Part shown: in pieces, positions 1-13,577 of the stretch
Layout: each line of letters opens with the position of its first letter
Position numbering within the stretch: the first letter of the stretch is position 1
Assembly (NCBI GenBank): GCA_043228905.1
Contig: JBHGNT010000047.1
Coordinates: 124,001 to 188,000 of the forward strand
Reading direction: 5' to 3'
Source: Azolla caroliniana
Lineage: Eukaryota > Plantae > Polypodiophyta
Length of the DNA stretch: 64,000 bases
Position numbers and translations under genes: made by a program
The notes under the pieces: model-generated
The model's database searches: none
Told to the model about the DNA's origin: nothing
The model's input: only the letters and a program-made list of their open reading frames with translations

Positions 1-3000
1 CGCTAGTTATGATATGGAATTAAAAAATCAAGATTTTGAAACTCAGATCGAGAGACATGAAGAAATTAGCAAATTTGAGGAGGGAGTTGAGTAGGGCGAA
101 TGAGAAAATTCAATTGTTCATACCTCGCTCGTGTGATATCGGATTTGTGTGTTCAAACATGCGAATCGAAGCTAACAACGCTAGCTATGATATGGAATTA
201 AAAAATCAAGATTTTGAAACTTAGGTCGAGAGACATAAAGAAATTACCAAATTTGAGGAGGGAGTTTAGAAGAGCCCTTCAGCAAATTAAAATGTTCATA
301 CCTGGCTCGTGTGATATCGGATTTCTGTGTTCAAACATGGGAATCGGAGCTAACAACGCTATCTATGATATGGAATGAAAAAATCAAGATTTTGAAACTC
401 AGGTCGAGAGACATGAAGAAATTACCAAATTTGAGGAGGGAGTTGAGTAGGGCGAATGAGCAAATTAAAATGTTCATACCTCGCTCGTGTGAGATCGGAT
501 TTCTGTGTTCAAACATGGGAATCGGAGCTAACAATGCTAGCTATGATATGGAATGAAAAAATCAAGATTTTGAAACTCAGGTCGAGAGACGTGACGAAAT
601 TAGCAAATTTGAGGAAGGAGTTGAGTAGGGCGAATGAGTAAATTAAATTGTTCATACCTCGCTCGTGTGATATCGGATTTCTGTGTTCAAACATGCGAAT
701 CGAAGCTAACAACGCTAGCTATGATATGGAATTAAAAAATCAAGATTTTGAAACTTAGGTCGATAGACATGAAGACATTACCAAATTTGAGGCGGGAGTT
801 GAGTAGGGCGAATGAGTAGATTAAAATGTTCATACTTCGCTCGTGTGATATCGGATTTCTTTGTTCAAACATGCGAATCAAAGCTAACAACGCTAGCTAT
901 GATATGGAATTAAAAAATCAAGATTTTCAATCTTAGGTCTAGAGACATGAACAAATTACCAAATTTGAGGACGGAGTTGAGTAGGGCGACTGAGTAAATT
1001 AAATTGTTCATAAATCGCTCGTGTGAGATCGGATTTCTGTGTTCAAACATGGGAATCGGAGCTAACAATGCTAGCTATGATATGGAATGAAAAAATCAAG
1101 ATTTTGAAACTCAGGTCGAGAGACGTGACGAAATTAGCACATTTGAGGAGGGAGTTGAGTAGGGCGAATGAGTAAATTAAATTGTTCATACCTCGCTCGT
1201 GTGATATCCGATTTTTGTGTTCAAACATGTGAATCGAAGCTAACAACGCTAGCTATGATATGGAATTAAAAAATCAAGATTTTGAAAGTTAGGTCGAGAG
1301 ACATGAAGAAATTACCAAATTTGAGGAGGGAGTTGAGTAGGGCGAATGACTAAATTAAAATGTTCATACCTCACTCGTGTGATATTAGATTTTTGTGTTC
1401 AAACATGCGAATCGAAGCTAACAATGCTACCTATGATATGGAATTAAACAATCTAGATTTTGGAACGCAGGTCGAGAGACATGAAGAAATTACCAAATTT
1501 GAGGAGGGAGTTGAGTAGGGCGAATGAGTAAATTAAATTGTTCATACCTCGCTCGTGTGATATCGGATTTTTGTGTTCAAACATGGGAATCGAAGCTAAC
1601 AACGCTAGCTATGATATGGAATTAAAAAATCAAGATTTTGAAACTTAGGTCGAGAGACATGAAGAAATTACCAAATTTGAGGAGGGAGTTGAGTAGGGCG
1701 AATGAGTAAAATAAAATGTTCATACCTCGCTCGTGTGATATCAGATTTGTGTGTTCAAACATGGGAATAGGAGATAACAACGCTAGTTATGATATGGAAT
1801 TAAAAAATCAAGATTTTGAAACTCAGGTCGAGAGACATGAAGAAATTGCCAAATTTGAGGAGGGAGTTGAGTAGGGCGAATGAGAAAATTCAATTGTTCA
1901 TACCTCGCTCGTGTGATATCGGATTTGTGTGTTCAAACATGCGAATCGAAGCTAACAACGCTAGCTATGATATGGAATTAAAAAATCAAGATTTTGAAAC
2001 TTAGGTCGAGAGACATAAAGAAATTACCAAATTTAAGGAGGGAGTTGAGTAGGGCGATTGAGTAAATTAAATTGTTCATACCTCGCTGGTGTGATATCGG
2101 ATTTGTGTGTTCAAACCTGCGAATCGAAGCTAACAATGCTAGCTATGATATGGAATTAAAAAATCAAGATTTTGAAACTCAGGTCGAGAGACATGACAAA
2201 ATTACCAAATTTGAGGACGGAGTCTAGTAGGGCGATTGAGTAAATTAAATTGTTCATACCTCGCTCGTGTGATATCCGCTTTTTGTGTTCAAACATGGGA
2301 ATCGAAGCTAACAACGCTAGCTATGATATGTAATTAAAAAATCAAGATTTTGAAACTTAGGTCGAGAGACATAAAGAAATTACCAAATTTAAGGAGGGAG
2401 TTGAGTAAGGCGATTGAGTAAATTAAATTGTTCATTCCTCGCTGGTGTGATATCGGATTTGTGTGTTCAAACATGCGAATCGAAGCTAACAACGCTAGCT
2501 ATGATATGGAATTAAAAAATCAAGATTTTGATAGTTAGGTTGAGAGACATGAAGAAATTACCAAATTTGAGGAGGGAGTTGAGTAGGGCGAATGAGTAAA
2601 TTAAATTGTACATACCTCGCTCGTGTGATATCGGATTTTTGTGTTCAAACATGGGAATCGAAGCTAACAACGTTAGCTATGATATGGAATTAAAAAATAA
2701 AGATTTTGAAACTCAGGTCGAGAGACATGAGGAAATTACCAAAGTTGAGGAGGGAGTTGAGAAGAGCCCTTGAGCAAATTGAAATGTTCATACTTGCTCG
2801 TGTGATATCGGATTTCTGTGTTCAAAGATCGAAATCGGAGCTAACAACGCTAGCTATGATATGGATTTAAAAAATCAAGATTTTGAAACTTAGGTCGAGA
2901 GACATGAACAAATTACCAAATTTGAGGAGGGAGTTGAGTAGGGCGAATGAGTAAATTAAATTGTTTATACCTCGCTCGTGTGATATCGGATTTCTTTGTT

Positions 3001-4825
3001 CAAACATGCGAATCGAAGCTAACAATGCTAGCTATGATATGGAATTAAAAAATCAAGATTTTGAAACTCAGGTCGAGAGAAATGACGAAACTACCAAATT
3101 TGAGGAGGGAGTTGAGTAGGGCGAATGAGCAAATTAAAATGTTCATACCTCGCTCGTGTGAGATCGGATTTCTGTGTTCAAACATGGGAATCGGAGCTAA
3201 CAACGCTAGCTATGATATGGAATGAAAAAATCAAGATTTTGAAACTCAGGTCGAGAGACGTGACGAAATTAGCAAATTTGAGGAGGGAGTTCAGTAGGGC
3301 GAATGAGTAAATTAAATTGTTCATACCTCGGTCATGTGATATCGGATTTCTGTGTTCAGACATGCGAATCGAAGCTAACAACGCTAGCTATGATATGGAA
3401 TTAAAAAATCAACATTTTGAAACTTAGGTCGATACTCATGAAGACATTACCAAATTTGAGGAGGGTGTTGAGTAGGGCGAATGAGTAAATTAAAATGTTC
3501 ATACTTCGCTCGTGTGATATCGGATTTCTTTGTTCAAACATGCGAATCAAAGCTAACAACGCTAGCTATGATATGGAATTAAAAAATCAAGATTTTGAAA
3601 CTTAGGTCGAGAGACACGAACAAATTACCAAATTTGAGGAGGGAGTTGAGTAGGGCGAATGAGTAAATTAAATTGTTCATTCCTCGCTGGTGTGATATCG
3701 GATTTGTGTGTTCAAACATGCGAATCGAAGCTAACAACGCTAGCTATGATATGGAATTAAATAATCAAGATTTTGAAACTTAGGTCGAGAGACATGAAGA
3801 AATTACCAAATTTGAGGAGGTAGTTGAGTAGGGCGAATGAGTAAAATAAAATGTTCATACCTCGCTCGTGTGATATCGGATTTTTGTGTTCAAACATGGG
3901 AATCGAAGCTAACAATGCTAGCTATGATATGGAATTAAAAAATAAAGATTTTGAAACTCAGGTCGAGAGACATGAGGAAATTACCAAAGTTGAGGAGGGA
4001 GTTGAGAAGAGCCCTTGAGCAAATTTAAATGTTCATACCTGGCTCGTGTGATATCAGATTTCTGTGTTCAAACATGAAAATCGGAGCTAACAACGCTAGC
4101 TATGATATGGATTTAAAAAATCAAGATTTTGAAACGTAGGTCAAGAGACATGAAGAAATTACCAAATTTGAGGAGGGAGTTGAGTAGGGCGAATGAGTAA
4201 AATAAAATGTTCATACCTCGCTCGTGTGATATCGGATTTTTGTGTTCAACCATGGGAATAGGAGATAACAACGCTAGTTATGATATGGAATTAAAAAATC
4301 AAGATTTTGAAACTCAGGTCGAGAGACATGACGAAATTACCAAATTTGAGGACGGAGTTGAGTAGGGCGAATGAAAAAATTCAATTGTTCATACCTCGCT
4401 CGTGTGATATCGGATTTTTGTGTTCAAACATGCGAATCCAAGCTAACAACGCTAGCTATGATATGGAATTAAAAAATTAAGATTTTGAAACTTAGGTCGA
4501 GAGATATAAAGAAATTACCAAAGTTGAGGAGGGAGTTGAGTAGGGCGAATGAGTAAATTAAATTGTTTATACCTCGCTGGTGTGATATCGGATTTCTCTG
4601 TTCAAAGCTAACAATGCTAGCTATGATATGGAATTAAAAAATCAAGAATTTGAAATTCAGGTCGAGAGACATGACGAAATTAGCACATTTGAGGAGGGAG
4701 TTGAGTAGGGCGAATGAGTAAATTAAATTGTTCATACCTCGCTCGTGTGATATCCGATTTTTGTGTTCAAACATGCGAAACGAAGCTAACAACGCTAGCT
4801 ATGATATGGAATTAAATAATCAAGA
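1..4825 (+). repeat. Satellite variant A block (GAGTTGAGTAGGGCGAATGAGT, CCTCGCTC)
   Basis: Diagnostic variable segment read directly in most monomers; ends at a 27-bp deletion junction at 4825/4826. Confidence 0.85.
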
Positions 4826-7800
4826 AGAAACTAGCAAATTTGAGGAGGGAGTGGAGAAGAGCGCGTTAGTAAATAAAAATGTTCATACCTGGCTCGTGTG
4901 ATATCGGATTTCTGTGTTCAAACATGCAAATCGAAGCAAACAACGCTTTCTATGATATGGAATTAAAAAATGAAGATTTAGAAACTCAGGTCGAGAGACA
5001 TGAAGAAATTAGCAAATTTGAGGAGGGAGTTTAGAAGAGCGCGTTAGTAAATTAAAATGTTCATACCTAGCTCGTGTGATATCTGATATCTGTGTTCAAA
5101 CATGCGAATCGAAGCAAACAACGCTTGCTATGATATGGAATTAAAAAATGAAGATTTAGAAACTCAGGTCGAGAGACATGAAGAAATTAGCAAATTTGAG
5201 GAGGGAGTTTAGAAGAGCGCGTTAGTAAATTAAAATGTTCATACCTAGCTCGTGTGATATCTGATATCTGTGTTCAAACATGCGAATCAAAGCAAACAAC
5301 GCTTGCTATGATATGGAATTAAAAAATGAAGATTTTGAAACTCAGGTCGAGAGACATGAAGAAATTAGCAAATTTCAGGAGGGAGTTTAGAAGAGCGCGT
5401 TAGTAAATTAAAATGTTCATACCTGACTCGTGTGATATCGGATTTCTGTGTTCAAACATGTGAATCGAAGCTAACAAAGTTAGCTATGATATGGAATTAA
5501 AAAATGAAGATTTTGAAACTATGGTCGAGAGACATGAAGAAATTAGCAAATTTGAGGAGGGAGTTTAGAAGAGCGCGTTAGTAAATTAAAATGTTCATAC
5601 CTGGCTCGTGTGATATATGATTTCTATGTTCAAACATCCGAATCGAAGCTTACAACACTAGCTCTAATGTGGAATTCAAAAATCAAGATTTTGAAACTCA
5701 GGTCGACAGACATGAAGAAATTAGCAAATTTGAGGAGGTAGTGGAGAAGAGCGCGTTAGTAAATTAAAATGTTCATACCTGGCTCGTGTGATATCGGATT
5801 TCTGTGTTCAAACATGAGAATCGAAGCAAACAACGCTTGGTATAATATGGAATTAAAAAATGAAGATTTTGAAACTCAGGTCGAGAGACATGAAGAAATT
5901 AGCAAATTTGAGGAGGGAGTTTAGAAGAGCGCGTTAGTAAATTAAAATGTTCATACCTGGCTTGTGTGATATCGGATTTCTGTGTTCAAACATGCGAATC
6001 GAAGCTGACAACACTAGCTCTGATATGGAATTAAAAATCAAGATTTTGAAACTCAGGTCGAGAGACATAACGAAATTAGCAAATTTGAGGAGGTAGTGGA
6101 GAAGAGCGCATGAGTAAATTAAAAACTTCATACCCGGCTCGTGTGATATCGGATTTCTGTGTTCAAACATGCGAATCGAAGCTAGCAAAGTTAGCTATGA
6201 TATGGAATTAAAGAATCAAGATTTTGAAACTTAGCTCGAGAGACATGAAGAAATTAGCATATTTGAGGAGGGAGTGGAGAAAAGCGCGTTAGTAAATAAA
6301 AATCTTCATACCTGGCTCGTGTGATATCGGATTTTTGTGTTCAAACATGCGAATCGAAGGTAGAAAAGCTAGCTATGATATCGAATTCAAAAATCAAGAT
6401 TTTGAAACTTAGGTCGAGAGACATGAAGAAATTAGCGAATTTGAGGCGGGAGTTGACAAGCGCAAGTAGCTAAATTAAAATGTTCATACCTGGCTCGTGT
6501 GATATCGGATTTCTGTGTTCAAACATGCGAATCGAAGCTAACAACGCTAGCTCTGATATGGAATTCCAAAATCTAAAATTTGAAACTCAGGTCGACAGAC
6601 ATGAAGAAATTAGCAAATATGAGGCGGGAGTTGACAACAGCAAGTACGTAAATAAAAATGTTCATACCTGGCTCGTCTGATATCGGATTTCTGTGTTCAA
6701 ACATGCTAATCGAAGCAAACAACGCTTGCTATGATATGGAATTAAAAAATGAAGATTTTGAAACTCAGGTCGAGAGACATGAAGAAATTAGCAAATTTGT
6801 GGAGGGAGTTTAGAAGAGCGCGTTAGTAAATTAAAATGTTCATACCTAGCTCGTGTGATATCTGATATCTGTGTTCAAACATGCGAATCGAAGCAAACAA
6901 CGCTTGCTATGATATGGAGTTAAAAAATGAAGATTTTGAAACTCAGGTCGAGAGACATGAAGAAATTAGCAAATTTGTGGAGGGAGTTTAGAAGAGCGCG
7001 TTAGTAAATTAAAATGTTCATACCTGGCTCGTGTGATATCTGATATCTGTGTTCAAACATGCTAATCGAAGCAAACAACGCTTGCTATGATATGGAATTA
7101 AAAAATGAAGATTTTGAAACTCAGGTCGAGAGACATGAAGAAATTAGCAAATTTGTGGAGGGAATTTAGAAGAGCGCGTTAGTAAATTAAAATGTTCATA
7201 CCTGGCTCGTGTGATATCTGATATCTGTGTTCAAACATGCGAATCGAAGCAAACAACGCTTGCTATGATATGGAGTTAAAAAATGAAGATTTCGAAACTC
7301 AGGTCGAGAGACATGAATAAATTAGCAAATTTGAGGAGGGAGTTTAGAAGAGCGCGTTAGTAAATTAAAATGTTCATAACTGGCTTGTGTGATATCGGAT
7401 TTCTGTGTTCAAACATGTGAATCGAAGCTAACAAAGTTAGCTATGATATGGAATTAAAAAATGAAGATTTTGAAACTCAGGTCGAGAGACATGAAGAAAT
7501 TAGCAAATTTGAGGAGGGAGTTTAGAAGAGCGCGTTAGTAAATTAAAATGTTCATACCTAGCTCCTGTCATATCTGATTTCTGTGTTCAAACATGCGAAT
7601 GGAAGCTTACAACGCTAGCTGTAATATGGAAATTAAAAATCAAGATTTGGAAACTCAGGTCGACAGACATGAAGAAATTAGCAAATTTGAGGAGGTAGTG
7701 GAGAAGAGCGCGTTAGTAAATTAAAATGTTGATACCTGGCTCGTGTGATATCGGATTTCTGTGTTCAAACATGCGAATCGAAGCAAATAACGCTTTCTAT

Positions 7801-10800
7801 GATATGGAATTCAAAAATCAAGATTCTGAAACTCAGGTCGACAGACATGAAGAAATTAGCAAATTTGAGGAGGTAGTGGAGAAGAGCGCGTTAGTAAATT
7901 AAAATGTTCATACCTGGTTCGTGTGATATCGGATTTCTGTGCTCAAACATGTGAATCGAAGCTAACAACGCTAGCTCTGATATGGAATTAAAAAATCAAG
8001 ATTTTGAAACTCAGGTCGAGAGACATGAAGAAATTAGCAACTTTGAGGAGGTAGTGGAGAAGAGCGCGTTAGTAAATTAAAATGTTCATACCTGGCTCGT
8101 GTGATATCGGATTTCTGTGGTCAAACATGTGAATCGAAGCTAACAACGCTAGCTCTGATATAGAATTAAAAAATCAAGATTTTGTAACTCAGGTCGAGAG
8201 ACATGATGAAATTAGCAAATTTGAGGAGGTAGTGGAGAAGAGCGCGTTAGTAAATTAACATGTTCATACCTGGCTCATGTGATATCGGATTCCGGTGTTC
8301 AAACATGTGAATCGAAGCTAACAACGCTAGCTATGATATGGAATTAAAAAATGAAGATTTTGAAACTCAGGTCGAGAGACATGAAGAAATTAGCAGATTT
8401 CAGGAGGTAGTGGAGAAGACCGCGTTAGTAAATTAAAATGTTCATACCTGGCTCGTGTGATATCGGATTTCTGTGTTCAAACATGCGAATCGAAGCAAAC
8501 AACGCTTGCTATGATATGGAATTAAAAAATGAAGATTTTGAAACTTAGGTCGAGAGACATGAAGAAATTAGCAAATTTGAGGAGGGAGTTTAGAAGAGCG
8601 CGTTAGTAAATTCAAATGTTCATACCTGGCTCGTGTGATATCTGATATCTATGTTCAAACATACGAATCGAATCAAACAACGCTTGCTATGATATGGAAT
8701 TAAAAAATGAAGATTTTGAAACTCAGGTCGAGAGACATGAAGAAATTAGCAAATTTGAGGAGGGAGTTTAGAAGAGCGCGTTAGTAAATTAAAATGTTCA
8801 TACCTGGCTCGTGTGATATCGGATTTCTGTGTTCAAACATGCGAATCGAAACTTACAACGCTAGCTCTAATATGGAATTCAAAAATGAAGATTTTGAAAC
8901 TCAGGTCAACAGACATGAAGAAATTAGCAAATTTGAGGAGGTAGTGGAGAAGAGCGCGTTAGTAAATTAAAATGTTCATACCTGGCTCGTGTGATATCGT
9001 ATTTTTGTGTTCAAACATGCGAATCGAAGGTAAAAAAGCTAGCTATGATATGAAATTAAAAAATGAAGATTTTGAATCTCAGCTCGAGAGACATGAAGAA
9101 ATTAGCAAATTTGAGGAGGTAGTGGAGAAGAGCGCTTTAGTAAATAAAAATCTTCATACCTGGCTCGTGTGATATCGGATTTTTGTGTTCAAACATACGA
9201 ATCGAAGGTAAAAAAGCTAGCTATGATATGGAATTCAAAAATCAAGAGTTTGAAACTTAGGTCGAGAGACATGAAGAAATTAGCGAATTTGAGGCGGGAG
9301 TTGACAAGCGCAAGTAGGTAAATTAAAATGTTCATACCTGGCTCGTGTGATATCGGATTTCTGTGTTCAAACATGCGAATCGAAGCTAACAACGCTAGCT
9401 CTGATATAGAATTCAAAAATCTAGATTTTGAAGCTCAGGTCGACAGACATGAAGAAATTAGCAAATTTGAGGCGGGAGTTGAGAACAGCAAGTACGTAAA
9501 TTAAAATGTTCATACCTGGCTCGTGTGATATCGGATTTCTGTGTTCAAACATGCGAATCGAATGTAAAAAAGCTAGCCCTGATATGGAATTAAAAAATCA
9601 GGATTTTGAAACTCAGGTCGAGAGACATGAAGAAATTAGTAAATTTGAGGCGGGAGTTGACAACAGCAAGTACGTAAATTAAAATGTTCATACCTTGCTC
9701 GTGTGATATCGGATTTCTGTGTTCAAAAATGCGAATCGAAGGTAAAAAAGCTAGCTCTGATATGGAATTAAAAAATCAGGATTTTGAAACTCAGGTCGAG
9801 AGACATGATGAAATTAGCAAATTTGAGGAGGTAGTGGAGAAGAGCGCGTTAGTAAATTAAAATGTTCATACCTGGCTCGTGTGATATCGGATTTCTGTGT
9901 TCAAACATGAGAATCGAAGCAAACAACGCTTGCTATAATGTGGAATTCAAAAATCAAGATTTTGAAACTCAGGTCGAGAGACATGATGAAATTAGCAAAT
10001 TTGAGGAGGTAGTGGAGAAGAGCGCGTTAGTAAATTGAAATGTTCATACCTGGCTCGTGTGATATCGGATTTCTGTGTTCAAACATGAGAATCGAAGCAA
10101 ACAACGCTTGGTATAATATGGAATTAAAAAATGAAGATTTTGAAACTCAGGTCGAGAGACATGAAGAAATTAGCAAATTTGAGGAGGGAGTTTAGAAGAG
10201 CGCGTTAGTAAATTAAAATGTTCATACCTGGCTTGTGTGATATCGGATTTCTGTGTTCAAACATGCGAATCGAAGCTGACAACACTAGCTCTGATATGGA
10301 ATTAAAAATCAAGATTTTGAAACTCAGGTCGAGAGACATGACGAAATTAGCAAATTTGAGGAGGTAGTGGAGAAGAGCGCATGAGTAAATTAAAAACTTC
10401 ATACCCGGTTCGTGTGATATCGGATTTCTGTGTTCAAACATGCGAATCGAAGCTAGCAACGTTAGCTATGATATGGAATTAAAAAATTTGAAACTTAGGT
10501 CGAGAGACATGAAGAAATTAGCATATTTGAGGAGGGAGTGGAGAAGAGCGCGTTAGTCAATTAAAATGGTCATACCTGGCTCGTGTGATATCGGATTTTT
10601 GTGTTCAAACATGCGAATCGAAGCTATGATATAAATTAAAAAATCAAGATTTTGAAATTTAGGTCGAGAGAGATGAAGAAATTAGCAAATTTGAGGAGGG
10701 AGTTGACAAGAGCTAGTAGGTAAATTAAAATGTTCATACCTGGCTCGTGTGATATCGGATTTCTGTGTTCAAACATGAGAATCGAAGCTAACAACGCTAG

Positions 10801-11340
10801 CTATGATATAGAATTAAAAAATCAAGATTTTGAAACTTAGGTCGAGAGACATAAAGAAATTAGCATATCTGAGGAGGGAGTTGATAAGAGCTAGTAGGTA
10901 AAGTATAATGTTCATACTTGGCTCGTGTGATATCGGATTTCTGTGTTCAAACATGCGAGTCGAAGCTAACAACGCGTGCTATGATATGGAATAACAAAAT
11001 CAAGATTTTGAAACACAGGTCGAGAGACATGAACAAAATTAGCAAACATGAGGAAATAGTGAAGAAGAGCGTGTTAGTAAATTAAAATGTTCATACCTGG
11101 CTTGTGTGATATCGGATTTTTGTGTTCAAACATGCGCATCGAAGCTAACAACGCTAGCTAACAACGCTAGCTATGATATAAACTAAAAAATCAAGATTTT
11201 GAAAACTTAGGTCGAGAGAGATGAAGAAATTAGCAAATTTGAGGAGGGAGTTGACAAGAGCTAGTAGGTAAATTAAAATGTTCATACCTGGCTCGTGTGA
11301 TATCGGATTTCTGTGTTCAAACATGCGAATCGAAGCTAAC
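4826..11340 (+). repeat. Satellite variant B block (GAGTTTAGAAGAGCGCGTTAGT / GTAGTGGAGAAGAGCGCGTTAGT, AAGCAAACAACGCTTGC, AATGAAGA)
   Basis: About 36 monomers with diagnostic variants essentially confined to this interval; right boundary approximate. Confidence 0.85.
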
Positions 11341-13572
11341 AACTCTAGCTATGATATGGAATTAAAAAATCAAGATTTTGAAACTCAGGTCGAGAGACAT
11401 GACGAAAATAGCAACCTTGATAAGGGAGTTGAGAGGAGCCCTTGAGTAAATTAAAATGTTCACCTAGCTCGTGTGATATCGGATTTTTGTGTTCAAACAT
11501 GCCAATCGAAGCTAACAACGCTAGTTATGATATGGATTTAAAAAATCAAGATTTTGAAACTCAGGTCGAGAAACATGACGAAATTACCAAATTTGAGGTG
11601 TGAGTTGAGAAGAGCTAGTAGGTAAATTTAAATGTTCATACCTGGCAACTGTGATATCGGATTTATGTGTTCAAACATGCGAATCCAAGCTAACAACGCT
11701 ACCTATGATATGGAATTAAAAAATCAAGGTTTTGAAACTCAGGTCCAGAGACATGACAAATTTAGCAAATTTGAGGAGGGACTTGAGTAGGGCGAATGAG
11801 TAAATTAAAATTTTCATATCTCGCTCGTGTGATATCGGATTTCTCTGTTCAAACATGCGAATCGAAGCTAACAATGCTAGCTATGATATGGAATTAAAAA
11901 ATCAAGATTTTGAAAGTCAGGTCGAGAGACATGAACAAATTACCAAATTTGAGGAGGGAGTTGAGTAGGGCGAATGAGTAAATTAAATTGTTCATACTTC
12001 GCTCGTGTGATATCAGATTTCTCTGTTCAAACATGCGAATCGAAGCTAACAACACTAGCTATCATATGGAATGAAAAAATCAACATTTTGAAACTCAGGT
12101 CGAGAGACATGAAGAAATTAGCAAATTTGAGGAGGGAGTTGAGTAGGGCGAATGAGTAATTTAAATTGTTTATACCTCGCTCGTGTGATATCGGATTTCT
12201 CTGTTCAAACATGCGAATCGAAGCTAACAATGCTAGCTATGATATGGAATTAAAAAATCAAGATTTTGAAACTCAGGTCGAGAGACATGACGAAATTACC
12301 AAATTTGAGGAGGGAGTTGAGTAGGGCGAATGAGCAAATTAAAATGTTCATACCTCGCTCGTGTGAGATCGGATTTCTGTGTTCAAACATGGGAATCGGA
12401 GCTAACAACGCTAGCTATGATATGGAATGAAAAAATCAAGATTTTGAAACTCAGGTCGAGAGACGTGACGAAATTAGCAAATTTGAGGAGGGAGTTGAGT
12501 AGGGCGAATGAGTAAATTAAATTGTTTATACCTCGCTCGTGTGATATCCGATTTTTGTGTTCAAACATGTGAATCGAAGCTAACAACGCTAGCTATGATA
12601 TGGAATTAAAAAATCAACATTTTGAAACTTAGGTCGAGAGACATGAAGAAATTACCAAATTTGAGGAGGGACTTGATTAGGGCGAATGAGTAAATTAAAA
12701 TTTTCATACCTCGCTCGTGTGATATCGGATTTTTGTGTTCAAACATGGGAATCGAAGCTAACAACGCTAGCTATGATATGGTATTAAAAAATCAAGATTT
12801 TGAAACTCAGGTCGAGAGACATAAAAAAATTACCAAATTTGAGGAGGGAGTTGAGTAGGGCGATTGAGTAAATTAAATTGTTCATTCCTCGCTGGTGTGA
12901 TATCGGATTTGTGTGTTCAAACATGCGAATCGAAGCTAACAATGCTATGATATGGAATTAAAAAATCAAGATTTTGAAAGTTAGGTCGAGAGACATGACC
13001 GATTTACCAAATTTGAGGAGGGAGTTGAGTAGGGCGAATGACTAAATTAAAATGTTCATACTTCGCTCGTGTGATATCGGATTTCTTTGTTCAAACATGC
13101 GAATCCAAGCTAACAACGCTAGGTATGATATGGAATTAAAAAATCAAGATTTTGAAACTTAGGTCGAGAGACATGAACAAATTACCAAATTTGAGGAGGG
13201 AGTTGAGTAGGGCGAAGGAGTAAATTAAAATGTTCATACCTCGCTCGTGTGATATCGGATTTCTGTGTTCAAACATGGGAATCGGAGCTAACAACGCTAG
13301 CTATGATATGGAATTAAAAAATCAAGATTTTGAAACACAGATCGAGAGACATGACGAAATTAGCATATTTGAGGAGGGAGTTGAGTAGAGCCTTTCAGCA
13401 AATTAAAATGTTTATACCTCGCTCGTGTGATATCGGATTTCTGTGTCCAAACATGGGAATCGGAGCTAACAATGCTAGGTATGATATGGAATTAAAAAAT
13501 CAAGATTTTGAAACTTAGGTCGAGAGACATGAACAAATTACCAAATTTGAGGAGGGAGTTGAGTAGGGCGAA

Positions 13573-13577
13573 GGAGT
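13573..13577 (+). other. Target-site duplication GGAGT, left copy
   Basis: GGCGAA-GGAGT-TGTTG; empty homologous sites read GGCGAAGGAGTAAATT (13217, 21748). Confidence 0.95.

Larger units (their letters stand above)
1..13577 (+). repeat. 178-bp tandem satellite array, left arm (candidate centromeric satellite)
   Basis: Motif CGCTAG(C/T)TATGATATGGAATTAAAAAATCAAGATTTTGAAACTCAGGTCGAGAGACATG recurs at 1, 179, 357 and onward (period 178), always head-to-tail in the same orientation. Centromeric role is inferred only from monomer length and organisation. Confidence 0.98.

Noticed and set aside
128-143. CENP-B-box-like CTCGTGTGATATCGGA in each monomer
   Set aside because: Spacing and bases do not fit TTCG-N4-A-N2-CGGG, and plants have no established CENP-B system.
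1-178. Identification as Arabidopsis CEN178
   Set aside because: Only the length matches; I see no sequence resemblance to that consensus as I recall it. A BLAST search would settle it.
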